Shown here: one piece after another, positions 17,421 through 17,583 of the stretch
Layout of the letters: every line of letters begins with the position of its first letter
Position numbering within the stretch: position 1 is the stretch's first letter
IMG/VR virus record: IMGVR_UViG_2609459845_000009
Origin: a virus
Lineage: Duplodnaviria > Heunggongvirae > Uroviricota > Caudoviricetes
Length of the DNA stretch: 17,583 nucleotides
Direction: 5' to 3' (one strand)
Notes under the pieces: model-generated
The model's input: the letters and a program-made list of their open reading frames with translations, nothing else
Database searches by the model: none
What the model was told of the DNA's origin: nothing
Program-made: the position numbers and the translations under genes

Positions 17421-17583
17421 CACCTCAGCAAGAAAACGCCCTTCGCAGTATTGCCCGTCAGGCTAATTCTGAAATCAAAAAAGCCAGACAGCAGTTTCCG
17501 GATAAAAACGTCGATGACATTTGCCGTAGCGTACTGAAGAAGCACCGCGAAACGGTAACGCTGATGGGATTCACACCGACTCA
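17417..17583 (+). CDS. Hypothetical early-left protein, 3'-partial (runs off window)
   Basis: ORF starting MTPQQENALRSIARQANSEIKKARQQFPDKNVDDICRSVLKKHRETVTLMGFTPT, translationally coupled to the upstream small ORF. Confidence 0.5.
   Translation, partial: MTPQQENALRSIARQANSEIKKARQQFPDKNVDDICRSVLKKHRETVTLMGFTPT

Overview
This window looks like a defective, mosaic lambdoid prophage next to a P4-family integrase and an AT-rich cargo island. All protein identities are from reading the translations and recalling lambda/434 proteins from memory; no database search was possible. Left part (1-5100): a 5'-partial tyrosine integrase (minus strand, C-terminus off-window), a LexA-box-controlled UmuD'-like gene, a two-gene cargo (428-aa putative glycoside-hydrolase-like protein plus an acyltransferase-3 membrane protein), then a tail-fibre assembly gene and a frameshifted tail-fibre remnant. 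Right part (5450-17583): KilA-N protein, lysis cassette (holin, SAR-endolysin, Rz/Rz1), then NinE, a frameshifted phage Dam methyltransferase, NinB, Ren, P, O (with ori iterons), oop RNA, cII, nutR, 434-type cro, OR1-3, 434-type cI, a signal-peptide protein coupled to cI, OL1-3, nutL, N, an AT-rich 242-aa unknown gene, ea10-like, cIII, kil, gam, bet, exo and small ORFs. Head/tail genes and Q/pR' are absent, so the element is probably non-infective. No tRNA, rRNA or CRISPR array was seen. The best candidates for undescribed function are the cargo pair, the secreted protein in the rex position, and the 242-aa gene in the ral/sieB position.
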